DNA from: the human T2T-CHM13v2.0 reference genome, Homo sapiens
DNA: 64,000 bases
Strand: one strand, 5' to 3'
NCBI RefSeq assembly: GCF_009914755.1
Contig: NC_060928.1
Each line of letters begins with the position of its first letter. The stretch's first letter is position 1. Positions 1 to 13,994 of the stretch are shown here, one piece after another. A program made the translations under genes and the position numbers. Below the pieces are notes generated by a model. That model was not told the DNA's origin and did not search any database. It was given only the letters and a program-made list of their open reading frames with translations.

Positions 1-162
1 CCCTCTCACGTGGACCCCCTTAGAGTTGTGAGCCCTTAAAAGGGACAGGAATTGCTCACTTGGGGCTCTCAGTTGTTGGAGACGTGAGATCCCAGCTGAA
101 TAAAGCCCTTCCTTCTTTAACTTGGTGTCTGAGGGGTTTTGTCTGCAGCTTGTCCTGCTACA
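1..162 (+). repeat. 5' LTR (LTR2 type), partial: end of U3, R, U5
   Basis: AATAAA at ~99-104, ends ...TGTCCTGCTACA, near-identical to the end of the 3' LTR. Confidence 0.93.
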
Positions 163-167
163 TTTCT

Positions 168-185
168 TGGTTCCCTGACCAGGAA
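168..185 (+). promoter_or_regulatory. Primer binding site complementary to the tRNA-Glu 3' end
   Basis: TGGTTCCCTGACCAGGAA just after the LTR-terminal CA; one mismatch to TGGTTCCCTGACCGGGAA. Confidence 0.9.
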
Positions 186-504
186 GCGAGGTGATCGATG
201 GATGGTTGAGGCAGCCCCTTAGGTGACTTAGGCCTGCCCTGTGGAGCGTGCCTGTGGGGGACTCCGGCCAGCTTGAGCGACGAGGATCCTGAGAGCACTC
301 CTGGGTAGGCAATTGCCCCAGTGGAACGTCTCGCCAGAGCAGCATATGGCAGGCCCCCATGGAGGATCAATGCAGTGGCCGAACACCAAAAAGGAACTGG
401 CACTTGGAGTCCAGACAACTGAAACTTGGTAAGACTAGTCTTTGGAAATTGCCCACTCCATTTGAGTGGAAGTGTGACCTGATCACCCACAGCATGCCTA
501 TACT

Positions 505-620
505 AGTACTTTGGTTTTTGTTTTTGACTTGACTTGGATTGCTTGATACTTTGGTTTTGGTTTTGACCTGGCTTGGATTTCTGGATACTCTTATTTTGGT
601 TTTGATTCTGGTTTGGTGTA
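505..620 (+). repeat. About 3 tandem copies of a ~39-nt T/G-rich unit in the proviral leader
   Basis: TACTTTGGTTTT(T/G)GTTTTGAC.TG.CTTGGATT.CT.GA repeated, third copy degenerate. Confidence 0.75.
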
Positions 621-706
621 AACTGTAAAAGTGTGTGTGTGCCCTTTTAACCCATTGTTTGGTGGTGTGCATGTGGTGTGAGTGTGGTGTTTTGCCTTGA
701 GGAAAC

Positions 707-2299
707 ATGGGTCAGGCACAAAGTAAGCCCACCCCACTAGGAACTATGTTTAAAAATTTCAGAAAGGGATTTAAGAGAGACTATGGAGTCACTATGACAC
801 CAAGAAAACTTAGAAGTTTGTGTGAGATAGACTGGCCAGGATTAGAGGTGGGTTGGCCATCAGAAGGAAGCCTGGACAGGTCCCTTGTCTCGAAGGTAGG
901 GCACAGGGTAACCTGTAAGCCAGGGCACCCGGATCAGTTCCTATATATAGATTCTTGGTTACAGCTAGTTTTGGGCCCCCCAGAGTGGTTAAGAGGACAG
1001 GCAGGAGCAGTATTAGTAGCAAACGGATAGTTAGTTAAGGAAGGTTCTCACTCCACCCGCGGAGGGAAGTCAGCACCAAAAGTCGTGTCTGACTCAACAC
1101 CAGAAGAATCATGGCAGGAATTGGTACTAGCAGTACCCCCTCCTTATCGAGAGGAAGGGCTCCCCACTCCTGAGGCCACAGCACCTACACCTCCACCAGA
1201 TAACCACACCCCTAGACCACCCAGAGTAGAAAAAAGAGGAAGTGAAGCTGCGGGAGAAACTCCTGCCTTGGCAGCTCGCTTATGCCCCAAGACTGGAATC
1301 CAAATGCCCCTGAGAGAGCAGCAATATACTGGGGTAGATGAGGATGGACACATGGTGGAAAGGCATGCTTTTGTGTATCAACCTTTCACCTCTGCTGACC
1401 TCCTCAATTGGAAAAATAATACTCCATCTTACACTGAAAAGCCTCAAGCTTTAATTGACTTGCTCCAAACTATTATACGGACTCATAATCCTACTTGGGC
1501 TGATTGCCGTCAGCTGCTCATGTACCTCTTTAATACAGATGAAAGGTGAAGGGTGTTCCAGGCGCAACTAAGTGGCTAGAGGAGCACGTCCCAGCCGATT
1601 ACCAAAACCCCCAAGAATATATAAGAATTCAGCTGCCAGGAACAGACCCCCAATGGGACCCAAACGAAAGACCAGACATGGAGAGGCTAAGATGGTACCG
1701 TGAGGTATTTATAGAAGGTCTAAAGAAAGGGGCTCAAAAGGCTACAAATGTAAATAAGGTCTCTGAGGTCATCCAAGGAAAAGAGGAGAGTCCAGCGCAA
1801 TTCTAACACTGTGTGAGGTTCACTGTATGTACACTCTTTTTGATCCAGATAGCCCTGAAAATCAGTGCATGATTAACATGGCCTTAGTTAGTCAAAGTGT
1901 GGAAAAAATCAGGAGAAAATTGCAAAAACAGCCTGGGTTTGTGGATATGAATACCTCACAGTTACTGGAAATAGCCAATCAAGTGTTTGTGAATGGAGAT
2001 GCAACAAGCTGCAGAGAAAGCCGTAAGGAAGGTGAACGCCAGCCTAGGCAAAACGCCAACTTACTGGCCATGGCCATTAGGGGAATTCCCCCAAAAGGAG
2101 AGGGAAAGGTGGGTTCCGGGAAGAATACCCAGTCTAGTCGCCCACGCTTGCAAAGTAACCAATGGCCTATTGTAAGGAAATAGGACATTAGAAAGATAAG
2201 TGTCCCCAGCTGAAGGAAAAGCAAGGTGATTTGGAACAAAAGACCTCAGATAAAGATGAGGGAGCTTTGTTCAATCTGGCTGAAGGGCTACTGGACTGA
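707..2299 (+). pseudogene. gag: HERV-E gag (MA-CA-NC), disrupted
   Basis: Myristoylation start MGQ, PPPY late domain, capsid motif YQPFTSADLLNWK, MHR-like VIQGKEESPAQF; split over ORFs 707, 1085, 1546 and 1827; terminal TGA at 2297-2299. Confidence 0.9.
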
Positions 2300-5200
2300 A
2301 GGGGATGGGACTCAAGCGCCCCCAAGGAGCCCATGGTCAGGATTACAATTGGGGGCAAGGACATTAAGTTTTTGGTCGATACCGGTGCTGAACATTCAGT
2401 AGTGACCACCACGGTTACCCCCTTATCCAAGAAAACCATTGATATAATCGGGGCAACAGGAGTTTCCACTAAGCAGGCTTTCTATCTACCATGGACCTGC
2501 TCGGTGGGGGGACATGAAATAGTTCACCAGTTCTTGTACATGCCTGACTGTGCCTTGTCCTTGCTGGGAAGAGACTTGCTTAGCAAGCTGAGAGCCACCA
2601 TCTCCTTTACAAAACAGGGCTCTTTACAGCTAAAGTTACCAGGAACAGAAGTTATCATGGCCCTTACGGTCCCCCAGGAAGAAGAATGGAGACTTTTTAT
2701 AACCAAGCCAGGCCAAGAGATAAAACCAGCTCTTGCTAAGCAATGGCTCTGAGTATGGGCAGAGGATAATCCTCCGGGACTGGCGGTCAACCAAGCCCCG
2801 GTACTCATAGAAGTTAAGCCTGGGGCCCAACCAATTAGACAGGAGCAGTATCTGGTTCCCAGAGAAGCTCTCAAAGGAATCCAGGTTTATCTCAGGCACT
2901 TGAAACCTATGGAATTATAGTTCCTTGCCAGTCTCCACAGAACACCCCCCTCCTGCCTGTCCCTAAGCCAGGGACCAAGGACTACCAGCCAGTACAGGAC
3001 TTGCGCTTGGTCAACCAATCTACAGTGACTCTGCACCCAACAGTTCCTAACCCTTACACATTGTTAGGGCTACTGCAAGCTATGACATCTGGTTTACCTG
3101 TCTGGACTTAAAAGATGCCTTCTTTAGCATCAGACTAGTTCCTGAGAGCCAGAAGCTGTTTGCCTTTCAGTGGGAAGATGCAGAGTCAGGTGTCACTACT
3201 CAGTACACTTGGACCTGGCTTCCCCAAGGGTTCAAGAACTCCCCTACTATCTTTGGGGAGGCCCTGGCTTGAGACCTGCAAAAATTTCCTGCCAAAGACC
3301 TAGGCTGTGTCTTCTCCTGTATGTGGACGAGCTTCTGCTGGGACACTGCACGGCAGTCGGCTGTGCAAAAGGGATGGATGCTCTGCTTTGGCACCTGGAG
3401 GACTGTGGGTATAAGGTATCCAAGAAGAAAGCTCAGATCTGCAGACAGCAGGCACGCTACCTGGGATTCACAATTCGGAAAGGGGAGCGCAGCCTGGGGT
3501 CACAAAGAAAGCAGGTCATCTGCAGCCTACCGGAACCTAGAACCAGAAGGAAAGTAAGGGAATTCCTAGGAGCTGTGGGGTTTTGCAGATTATGGATTCC
3601 AAACTTTGCAGTACTAGCCAAACCTTTGTATGGGGTCACAAAGAGGGGAGACTGGGAGCATTTTGAATGGGGGCCTCTACAGCAGCAAGCTTTTTGTAAG
3701 TTAAAGGAAAAAATTATGTCGTCCCCAGCCCTAGGACTATCAGATTTGACAAAGCCCTTTACATTCTATGTGTCAGAAAGAGAAAAAATGGCAGTTGGAG
3801 TTTTAACCCAGACTGTGGGGCCCTGGCCAAGGCCAGTGGCCTATCTCTCAAAACAACTTGATGGGGTTTCCAAAGGCTGGCCACCATGTCTAAGGGCCCT
3901 GGCAGCAACAGCCCTGTTAGCACAAGAAGCAGATAAACTAACCCTTGGGCAAAACCTGAATATAAAGGCCCCCCATGCTGTGGTAACTTTGATGAATACC
4001 AAAGGACATCATTGGCTAACAAATGCTAGATTAACCAAGTACCAAAGCTTGCTATGTGAAAATCCCCGCCTAACTATTGAAGTCTGTAACACCCTAAATC
4101 CCGCCACCCTGCTACCAGTATCAGAGACCCCCGTCGAGCATAACTGTGTACAGGTGTTGGACTCAGTCTATTCTAGCAGACCTGACCTTCAGGACTAGCC
4201 GTGGGCATCAGTAGACTGAGAGTTATACATGGATGGGAGCAGCTTCATCAACCCACAAGGAGAAAGATGTGCAGGATGTGTGGTGGTAACTTTGGATGCT
4301 GTCATTGAAGCCAAACCGTTGCCACAGGGCAATTCAGCCCAGAAGGCTGAGCTCGTTGCTTTAACTCGGGCTCTAGAACTCAGTGAAGGTAAGACTGTAA
4401 ACATCTACACTGACTCTCGATATGCCTTTCTAACCCTCCAAGTGCATGGAGCATTATATAAGGAAAAGGGCCTGTTAAACTCTGGGGGAAAGGACATAAA
4501 ATATCAACAAGAAATTTTACAATTATTAGAGGCAGTGTGGAACCTCAGAAGGTGACAGTCATGCACTGCAGGGTACACCAGCGAGCCTCCACCTCAGTGG
4601 CCTTAGGAAACTCTCAAGCTGATTCAGAAGCTCAAAAAGCAGCATCTACCCTTTACCAGGCATCTGTAGCAGCCCCCTTACTCCCTCAAACACCTGACCT
4701 GGTACCTACCTATTCTAAGGAAGAAAAAGACTTCTTCCATGCAGAAGGGGGGCAGGTAATAAAAGGAGGATGGGTCAGACTGCCAGATGGGAGGGTAGGT
4801 GTGCCACAGTTGCTGGGAGCCACAATCATACTGGCCATGCACGAAACCACTCATCTAGGTCAAGAGTCACTTGAAAAATTGTTAGGCCGGTACTTCTACA
4901 TCTCACACTTGCCAGCCCTTGCCAAAGCAGTAGCACAACGGTGCATTACTTGCTGACAGCACAATGTGAGGCAAGGCCCCACTGTTCTGCCCGGCATATA
5001 AGCTTATGGAGTGGCTCCTTTTGAGGATCTTCAGGTGGATTTCACAGAAATGCCGAAATGTGGAGGTAACAAGTATTTGCTGGTTCTTGTGTGTACTTAT
5101 TCTGGGTGGGTGGAGGCTTATCTAACATGAACTGAAAAGACCTATGAGGTAACCGTGTGCTTCTCTGAGATCTTACTCCTAGGTTTGGACTGTCCTTACG

Positions 5201-5880
5201 AATTGACTCAGATAACAGGCCGGAGTTTGTGGCTGACTTGGTACAGAAGAAGCAAAGGCATTAGGAATCACTTGGAAGCTAAATGTCACCTACCGACCTC
5301 AGAGTTCCGGAAAGGTGGAGCGAATGAATCGGACTATCAAAAATAGTTCAGGGAAACTATGACAGGAAACAGGATTAAAGTGGATACAGGCCCTTCCTAT
5401 GGTATTGTTTAAAATTAGATGCACTCCTTCTAAGAAAACAGGATACTCCCCTTATGAAATACTGTATCATAGGCCTCCTCCTATACTGCGGGAGCTTCCA
5501 GGCATTCCCCGAGAGTTAGGTGAAATTGAATTACAGCGACAGCTACAGGCTTTAGGAAAAATTATACAATCTCAACTTGGGTAAATGGGAGGTGTCCCAT
5601 CAGCTTATTCTACCCAGTTCACCCTTTCTCTCCAGGTGATCATGTGTGGATCAAGGACTGGAATGTAGCCCCTTTGCGGCCACGGTGGAAAGGACCTCAG
5701 ACCGTCATCCTGAACACCCCCACGGCTGTAAAGGTAGAAGAAATCCCAGCCTGAATCCATCACAGCCGTGTGAAACCTGCAGCCGCTGAAACCTGGGAGG
5801 CAAAACTGAGCACAGACAACCCTTGCAAGGTGACTCTGAGGAGGACGACAAGCCCTGCTCCAGTCACACCCGGAAGCTGA
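2300..5880 (+). pseudogene. pol: HERV-E pro-pol (protease, RT, RNase H, integrase), disrupted
   Basis: Protease FLVDTGA; RT LPQGFKNSP (~3219) and YVDE (~3320, catalytic YVDD altered); RNase H DGSS, SAQKAEL, TDSRY; integrase HHCC zinc finger remnant (HETTHLG...CITC) and WKGP C-terminal motif; many stops. Confidence 0.9.
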
Positions 5881-5902
5881 CTGGTCTACGCACAGCCGAA
5901 GC

Positions 5903-7961
5903 ATGAGGAGAATCACTGTGGACCTCATTTTCCTTATAATTTGGACTTGTATAGTAAAAAATTCCACTGATTTTCCCCACATGGAGGACTGCTCTCAGTG
6001 TATACATCAGGTTACCGAGGTAGGGCAACAAGTTAAAACAGTCTTTCTGTTCTATAGTTACTATGAATGCCTAGGAACTTTAAAGGAACATGTTTATATA
6101 ATGACACTCAGTGCAAGGTATGTAGCCCTGGAAACGACAAACCAGATGTGTGTTATGACCCCTCTGAGCCTCCCATGTCCACAGTTTTTGAAATAAGATT
6201 AAGGACAGAAGACTGGTGGGGACTCATAAATGAGACAAGTAAAGTATTAGCCAGAACAGAAGAAAAACGGGTGCCTAAACGCATAATCTTGAAATTTGAT
6301 GCCTGTGCTGCCATTAATAGCAATAAGTTAGGAAGGGGATGTGGCTCTTTTAGTTGGGAAAAAGGCTATATGACTGAAAATAAGTACATTTGTCATGAAT
6401 TAGGACTGTGTGGAAATGAATGTGGATACTGGTCTTGTGTCACTTAGGCCACTTGGATAAAAAATGAAAAGGATCCAGTCCACCTTCAGAAAGGAAAAAA
6501 TGGCCCTTCCTGTACTAAGGAACAATGTAACCCCTTAGAGCTAGTAATAACCAATCCCCTTGATCCTTGCTGGAGAAAAGGGGAGCGTGTGACCTTAGGA
6601 ATCGAAGGGGCCGGACTGGATCCTCAAGTAAATATCTTGATTCGAGGAGAAGTTTATAAACACTCTCCTGAGCCAGTGTTTCAAACTTTCTATGATGAAC
6701 TAAATGTGCCAGTACCAGAAATTCCAGGAAAAACAAGAAATTTGTTTTTGCAATTAGCTGAGCGTGTAGCCCAGTCTCTCAATGTCACTTCATGTTACGT
6801 ATGTGGAGGAACTGTAATGGGAGATCAACGTCCATGGGAAGCCCAAGAACTATTATCTATAGGCCCAGTTCCTGATGAATTCCCGGCTCAAAGGAATCAC
6901 CCTGATAATTTCTGGGTCCTAAAAGCCTCAATTATTGGACAATATTGCATAGCTAGAGAAGGAAAAGAATTCACTCACCCTGTAGGATGACTTAGTTGTC
7001 TGGGACAGAAACTGTATAATGGTACCACAAAAACAGTCACTTGGTGGAGTTCAAATCACACAGAGAGGAATCCATTTAGTAAATTCCCAAAGTTGCAAAC
7101 CGTGTGGACCCACCCGGAGTCCCACCAGTATTGGTCAGCCCCCACTGGATTATAGTGGATATGTGGGCATAGAGCTTACACAAAATTACCTGACTGGTGG
7201 GCAGGTAGTTGTGTTATTGGCACTATTAAACCATCTTTCTTCCTACTGCCCATAAAAACAGGCGAACTCCTGGGCTTCCCTGTCTATGCTTCCCGCAAAA
7301 AGAAAGCATAGCTATAGGAAATTGGAAAGACGATGAATGGCCCCCTGAGAGAATCATACAATATTATGAGCCTGCTACTTGGGTACAAGATGGCTTGTGG
7401 GGATACCGGACTCCCATTTACATGACCAACCAAATCATACGGTTACAAGCTGTCTCAGAAATAATCACTAATAAAACCAGCAGAGCCTTGACTATTCTGG
7501 CCCGGCAAGAAACTCAGATGAGAAATGCTATCTATCAAAATAGATTGGCTCTCGACTACTTGCTAGCAGCTGAAGAAGAGATCTGTGGGAAATTTAACCT
7601 TATTAATTGCTGTCTACACATAGATGATCAAGGGCAAGTCGTTGAAGACATAGTTAGAGATATGACAAAACTGGCACACGTGCCTGTGCAAGTGTGGCAT
7701 GGATTTGATCCTGGGGCCGTGTTCGGAAAATGATTCCCAGCACTAGGAGGATTTAAAACTCTTATAATAGGAGTTATAATAGTAATAGGAACCTGCTTAC
7801 TGCTCCCTTGTTTGCTACCTGTACTTCAAATGATAAAAAGCTTCATCACTACCTTAGTTCACCAAAATGCTTCAGCACAAGGGTACTATATGAATCACTA
7901 TCCATCTGTCTTGCAAGAAGACATGGGTAGTGAGAATGAAAGTGAGAAATCCCACTATTGA
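5903..7961 (+). pseudogene. env: HERV-E env (SU-TM), disrupted
   Basis: Signal peptide MRRITVDLIFLIIWTC, CYVC (CXXC), immunosuppressive-domain motif [22 protein letters not shown], hydrophobic TM stretch ~7750-7830; frameshifts and stops. Confidence 0.9.
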
Positions 7962-7984
7962 GTGAGATTCTCAAAGCTGGGGAA

Positions 7985-8447
7985 TAAGGGAGGAGACCAC
8001 CCCTCATATTGTTTTATGCCCAATTTCTGCCTCCAAAGAAAGAAGAAGTAAAAACTAAAAGGCAGAAATGAAAACCACAAGCAGACAGCCCAGCACCACA
8101 CCCTGGGCCTGGTAGTTAAAGATCGACCCCTGACCTAATTGGTTATGTTATCTATAGATTACGGACATTGTATAGAAAAGCACTGTGAAGATCCCTGTCC
8201 TGTTCTGTTCCGTTCTAATTACCAGTGCATGCAGCCCCCAGTCACGTACCCCCTGCTTGCTCAATCGATCACGACCCTCTCATGCTGACCCCCTTAGAGT
8301 TGTGAGCCCTTTAAAGGGACAGGAATTGCTCACTCGGGGAGCTTGGTTGTTGGAGACATGAGTTATGCTGAAGCTCCCGGCTGAATAAAGCCCTTCCTTC
8401 TTTAACTTGGTGTCTGAGGGGTTTTGTCTGCAGCTTGTCCTGCTACA
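7985..8447 (+). repeat. 3' LTR (LTR2 type, 463 bp)
   Basis: Follows polypurine tract AAAGCTGGGGAA; starts TAAGGGAGGAGACCACCCC, has AATAAA, ends TGCTACA. Confidence 0.93.
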
Positions 8448-9239
8448 AAGGAACTGGCAAGAATTGTCAGGATAAGACTTATATATGGACGTTTAGAACT
8501 ATAAACTTCCAAGGGAGTAAAATTGGCCATATCATCTGGCTAGTACATTAGTGCCACACAGACAATCTGTGTGAGGAATTTTCTCTAAGCCAAAAATTTG
8601 TTGTTGAATGTAGGTCCCCAAGCAAAAGTAAATGTATTAATTGCTTACATTAATGCAGTTTTGCAGCATCAGATTAGGAATACCCCATACATCCATCACC
8701 ACAAGAGAGAGGTGGAGTTCCTGAGTTAGAGAAATTTATCTTGGTGTCAGTGTTTTTCTAGATGATGCAACTTTCATTACAATCTAACATTGATTAACCC
8801 CCTTTAATTGACATAATAATGTTTAGGGTTGTAAGTACAGCCTATGCAATCATACAGCCATCATGCTTTACTGGCCTAGACATATTTTGTCTACTTTGGA
8901 AAGGCTTCTTAACTTAAACATTCACGGATAAATATTAAAGGCCCTCTATTGAAATGGTATACTAATCAAAATTGAATGCTGAATTTGAATATTAAGAGTT
9001 TATGAACTTGTGCATTTTTCTGAGAATGTGATCCATAAATTGCATCAGATTTTCAGAGAGTATATGTTTCAAAAATAAAAAAAAGCTAATTGAAGTAATT
9101 TTATAAAACTCTGCTCTTAATCCACTCATTATGTGTTAACACATTGTAACATTCATGGGGGCAGTCTAATAGTGGTACAGTGAGAAGAGACCACATCTAT
9201 TATTAATAGTGATAAAGCAGACAGAGATATAATCTTCTT

Positions 9240-9380
9240 TTTTGACTGTGATAATATGTACATAATGATTACTATTTTAACTATTTTTAAGTGTACAATT
9301 TGTTGGCATTAAGTACATTCACATTGTTCTACAACCATCACCACCATCCATCTCCAAAATTTTTCATTATCCTAAGAGAT
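9240..9380 (-). mobile_element. Old L1M (L1MB-like) 3' end fragment
   Basis: TTTTTAAGTGTACAATT...GCATTAAGTACATTCACATTGTT...CAACCATCACCACCATCCATCTCCAAAA signature. Confidence 0.65.
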
Positions 9381-9526
9381 TATGCTCTGTTAAAAAACAC
9401 TTTATAGTATTTGCAAGTTTAACACATGAACATTATTTTGGTTAAGACTATGAATTCTTAGCTAATTTTAGTGTCCATGTTCTCCAAATAATTATATCTC
9501 CAAGCATCATCTATTCTTACGTATGA

Positions 9527-9952
<426 letters not shown>

Positions 9953-9986
9953 TAAAAAAAATCTAATGCTAAAAAATGAATATTCT

Positions 9987-10225
<239 letters not shown>

Positions 10226-11856
10226 TGACAATGGTTTTAAAGGAAGTGAATCCTTTGATTAAAGACAAAGTGAGAGTATATTAATTTGAAAAGCCTAAGA
10301 TATTAACATAAATCTTCAGTTAATATTATGAAAAAAGGTTTATCCTCCTAAATTTTTATTTTTTAGTTTTATATTGTTTTAATGTCCAATCTAACTGAAT
10401 TGCAGAATTAATCCCTATTAAAAATTCATTAATGAAAATAATTATAGAAAATGTAAAATATGGATACAAATGGAAAGATGGAAAAAAAACTACAAAAGCC
10501 TATCCATACCATCTAAAAAAGTACTTACTTTTAGGTGACATTGTTACAATTTTAAAATATGACATTCTGTATTTAAAAAAATTGTATCAACATTCCTGGT
10601 TACCTCTTATTGTAAACCAAAAATTAAAATTCTTATTCACATATTTATGTTAAATTAGTTTGAAGTGCCCCATGGATATAACTATGTGAATTACTCTTTC
10701 TGATTTATTTAACAAATATTTATTGAACACATAAAATGTTTTTTGCTGTAATTATTACAGAAAACATTTCTACTCTCTCTTTTGTTTATTAGCACAAAAA
10801 TATAGATATACAGTGAAGAAGTCAAGCATTAGTTCACAATTTATAATAATAAATTGAAAGAAACTCTAAGGAATTTAAGACAGCACATTTTTTTTAAAAT
10901 ATGATTTAGAATGATTTTAATGGTTTACATATAGACACTTTCCATAATTAAGGTTGGTTAGACATTAGATTTGAAAATTTGCTCTTCCAGAGCCTCTTCC
11001 AGAGTTGCTTTTAAGATCTAATGAAGCTAACATAAGGGAACTACTGTAATGTTTCAGCATTCATTTTTACAGATAGGCTTTCTGCAGTCAGTTTGGCTTT
11101 CTAACTGGATTTTTATGTAAAGGTAAATTGATCAGGACCGTAGGAAACAAAGTTCCTAATTCTACAAATAACCTCTGTAAATAATGCATCCAGGTAAATT
11201 CAACTACAAGTTGTGTGTGTATGGAAGAGACATACATCGATTTTTTCTTCTATATTTGGATACTCAGAGGGTAATATTCATGTATTAAAAATATTAATAT
11301 AAATGATGATGAGTTAAAAAATCTGATCTATAACATCCATTCAACTCAGTTTCTGCAGAACAGTTTCTAGTAAAATTAATAGCTAATTTCAAATTAAAAT
11401 GTCACATTACCTTTCACGAAGGACAGAATGATCAAGAACAGTTTATAAACATATTCACAAATGTTTGACTCTCTTAAGGCAAATAAAAACCTTTTAACAA
11501 AAGCAGCATTTCTTTTAGGGGTATTAAAAAGTCTTAGGTATATCACATTCAAAGCAACCTGCACCCTCACTGCCATATGCCGCCTCACTGCCCATTATTG
11601 TTGAATTACTGAACCAAGAACAGTTTAGAAGCTGTGTTGTAGGCAAAACAAATATCCCAAGTTCTAGTTTTTAAATTGGGTCCAAAGATAGCCACACATA
11701 GCAGTTTAATCAAAAACGCTTAGCAGATTCAGCTACCAGTCTGTGAAATTGAATGTTAGCTGTTGCCAGTCATCACTTTTACTGAGGGCAAGAAAACAGA
11801 GGACAAAGTGTCATATGCCCTTGTATACTGAAGGGTAGAATTACCAGATCTTCCAC

Positions 11857-12325
11857 TGTATTAGTTTCCTAGGGCTGCTGTAACAATTGCTACAAACTTG
11901 GTGTCTTAAAACAACAGAAATTTATTCTATTACACTTTTTAAGACCAGAAGTGCAGAATCAAGGTGTCAGCAAAGCTGTGCTCTCTCTAAAACCTATGGG
12001 GAGAATATTTTCCTTGTCTCTTCTGGGTTCTGGTAGCTCCAGGCATTCTTTAGCTTGTAGCTGCCTAACTCCAGTCTCTGCCTTTGTCTTCACATGACCT
12101 TCTCATCTTTTTTTCTCTCCGTCTTCTCTTTGTCTTCTCTTCCATCTCCTACAAAGATACTTCTCATCAGATTTGGAACCCACCCAAATACTCCAGGGTG
12201 ATCGCATGCCAAGATCCTTAACTTCATTAAATCTGCAAAATGGGGTCACATTCACAGGTTCCAGGGGTTAGGACATGGGCATATATTTTGGGGGAAACAG
12301 CGAAAATCAACCCAATTCAACTACT
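11857..12325 (-). mobile_element. MaLR solo LTR (MLT1B/C-like)
   Basis: TGTATTAGTTTCCTAGGGCTGCTGTAACAA...CTTAAAACAACAGAAATTTATT...GGTCACATTCACAGGTTCCAGGGGTTAGGACATGG. Confidence 0.8.
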
Positions 12326-12464
12326 ATCACTACTTAGGCTCTTATACTGTGTTATTTATGAATTTAATGGTCATGGTATGTTTTCCTTTTTAATGGCTAC
12401 CTGCCTGTGTTTTCTAATACAGTGGTGTACACTCAAGTGAATTATTTAAAAACAATAACTATCA

Positions 12465-12690
12465 GTTAATGTATATTTAATTTCATTATATGTGCCAGCC
12501 ACTCTTTTTTAACTCATTTACTCCTCACAGAAACTCCACAAATTTGGTATTATTGTGCCAATTTTATAGATGAGAAAACAAAGACACAGAAATGCAATAT
12601 TTCCAATTTAAACAGATAATAAGTGAAGGAGCTGGGGTTTCAATGAAGACAAGGTGACTTCAGAACCCTACTGATAAATTACCGTCTATA
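12465..12690 (-). mobile_element. MIR SINE, degraded
   Basis: Core ATTTTATAGATGAGAAAACAAAGACACAGA. Confidence 0.7.
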
Positions 12691-13081
12691 TTTTGTAGCC
12701 TTTCTTGTGATTTAACCCAGATTATATACGAAAAATATGTTATTCCTCTTTAAGAAAATGTTTCACTCACATTTACAAAATCCTTAGAAAGTTTGAGACT
12801 ACAATATCTTTATTAAATTTTACATCGAGAATTAGCTGCTACATTTCAACTAAAGATAATACTGAAATATATTAGGAAACAGAGTTAGAGAGTTCATTTC
12901 ATCTTACAAAGAGAAAGAAAATTTTACAAAAACAAAGCTCTAAATTAATAGAATTTACAGAGTAAATTAGGAATTCTAAAGAAGAAAGCCAATCTCTTGC
13001 CTAATTTCCAAGCCAGTAATCTTTCTCCTTGCATTTACTAAATAAATAAATAAATAATTTACTTTTTATTGTTAGAGACAA

Positions 13082-13635
13082 TGTGGCAGATTTTTCTTCC
13101 CAAAATGGCTGTACCAATATGTATCTTATTTCATACCCTCAAAAGTACAATGTGACATTAACATGTCCCATCAAGGGATGACATCTCTGTTACCTCCCCT
13201 AAGCCTGGGTGGACCTCATAGCTGTCTCAATCAATGTGGCAGAAGTGACACCGTGTAATTTTTGAGGATAAATTCCAAAAGCCAATATGGCTTCTACCTG
13301 CAGTGTCTGCGTGTGTTTCTGTTTCTCTCTTTCTTGAGATATTTGTACTTGGAATGCAGGTACCATGTTTTGATGAAGTCCTAGCTACATCTACAGTCTA
13401 CATGTGGTGGTTTCAGTTGACAGGCCACATCAGCTCTCAAACATGTGAGTGGGCCTTTAGACAATTCCAGCTCCTATCTTTGAGTTTTCTCATTGAAGTT
13501 CCAGACAGGCAAGTGATCCCTGCTGTGTCCTAAGTTCCTTTGCTACAGAGTCATAAGAAGTAACAACAATCATTGTTTTTAGTCATTGTTTTTTAATTTA
13601 AGTTTTGGGTAATTTCTATTAAATAATTAATTAAC
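13082..13635 (+). mobile_element. Old MaLR LTR (MLT1F/G-like)
   Basis: TGTGGCAGA start, TGTGGCAGAAGTGACA core, AAGTTTTGGGTAATT end; strongly diverged. Confidence 0.55.
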
Positions 13636-13994
13636 ATATGCATATATGTCACCATGCATTAGATAATTAACATAAGGGCATATTTCAGCATGACGTTTTT
13701 TCATATTAAATATTAGTTTGTCTTTTAATCATATCAGTTTACTTTTTTGACTAGTAAAGTTTTTATTAGGCATAGACTTTCATTCAAAAAATATTCATTT
13801 AGCATCTCCTATGAATCAGGTCTTGTGGTAGCCTCCTATAATATAGTGACAAAGGACCCACTTTTTTGGAATGTACATTCTAATTTGGTAGAAGTACAGT
13901 TTCTTTCTTTCTTTTTTAAATCTTACAACAGTACAAACATAAATCTAGAGACATGGGACAAGCTCTTTCAAAGTAGAGTGTTGTAGTTATGATT

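Larger units (their letters stand above)
1..8447 (+). mobile_element. HERV-E family provirus (LTR2-flanked), near full length, defective; 5' LTR cut by the window edge
   Basis: Order LTR-PBS-gag-pro-pol-env-PPT-LTR. Bases 1-162 match 8275-8447. tRNA-Glu PBS present. Gag begins MGQAQSKPTPLGTM and Env resembles HERV-E 4-1 Env as I recall it. Many stops and frameshifts. Confidence 0.93.

Noticed and set aside
505-620. Leader repeats as a CRISPR-like array
   Set aside because: Tandem units with no unique spacers, inside a retroviral leader in primate DNA; no cas genes
3170-4198. 342-aa RT-containing ORF as a functional reverse transcriptase
   Set aside because: N-terminal RT motifs are in another frame, YVDD is changed to YVDE, and it stops before RNase H
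10982-11004. Short tandem duplication CTCTTCCAGAG x2 (similar cases at 27019-27084 and 13628-13674)
   Set aside because: Ordinary slippage micro-duplications with no wider structure
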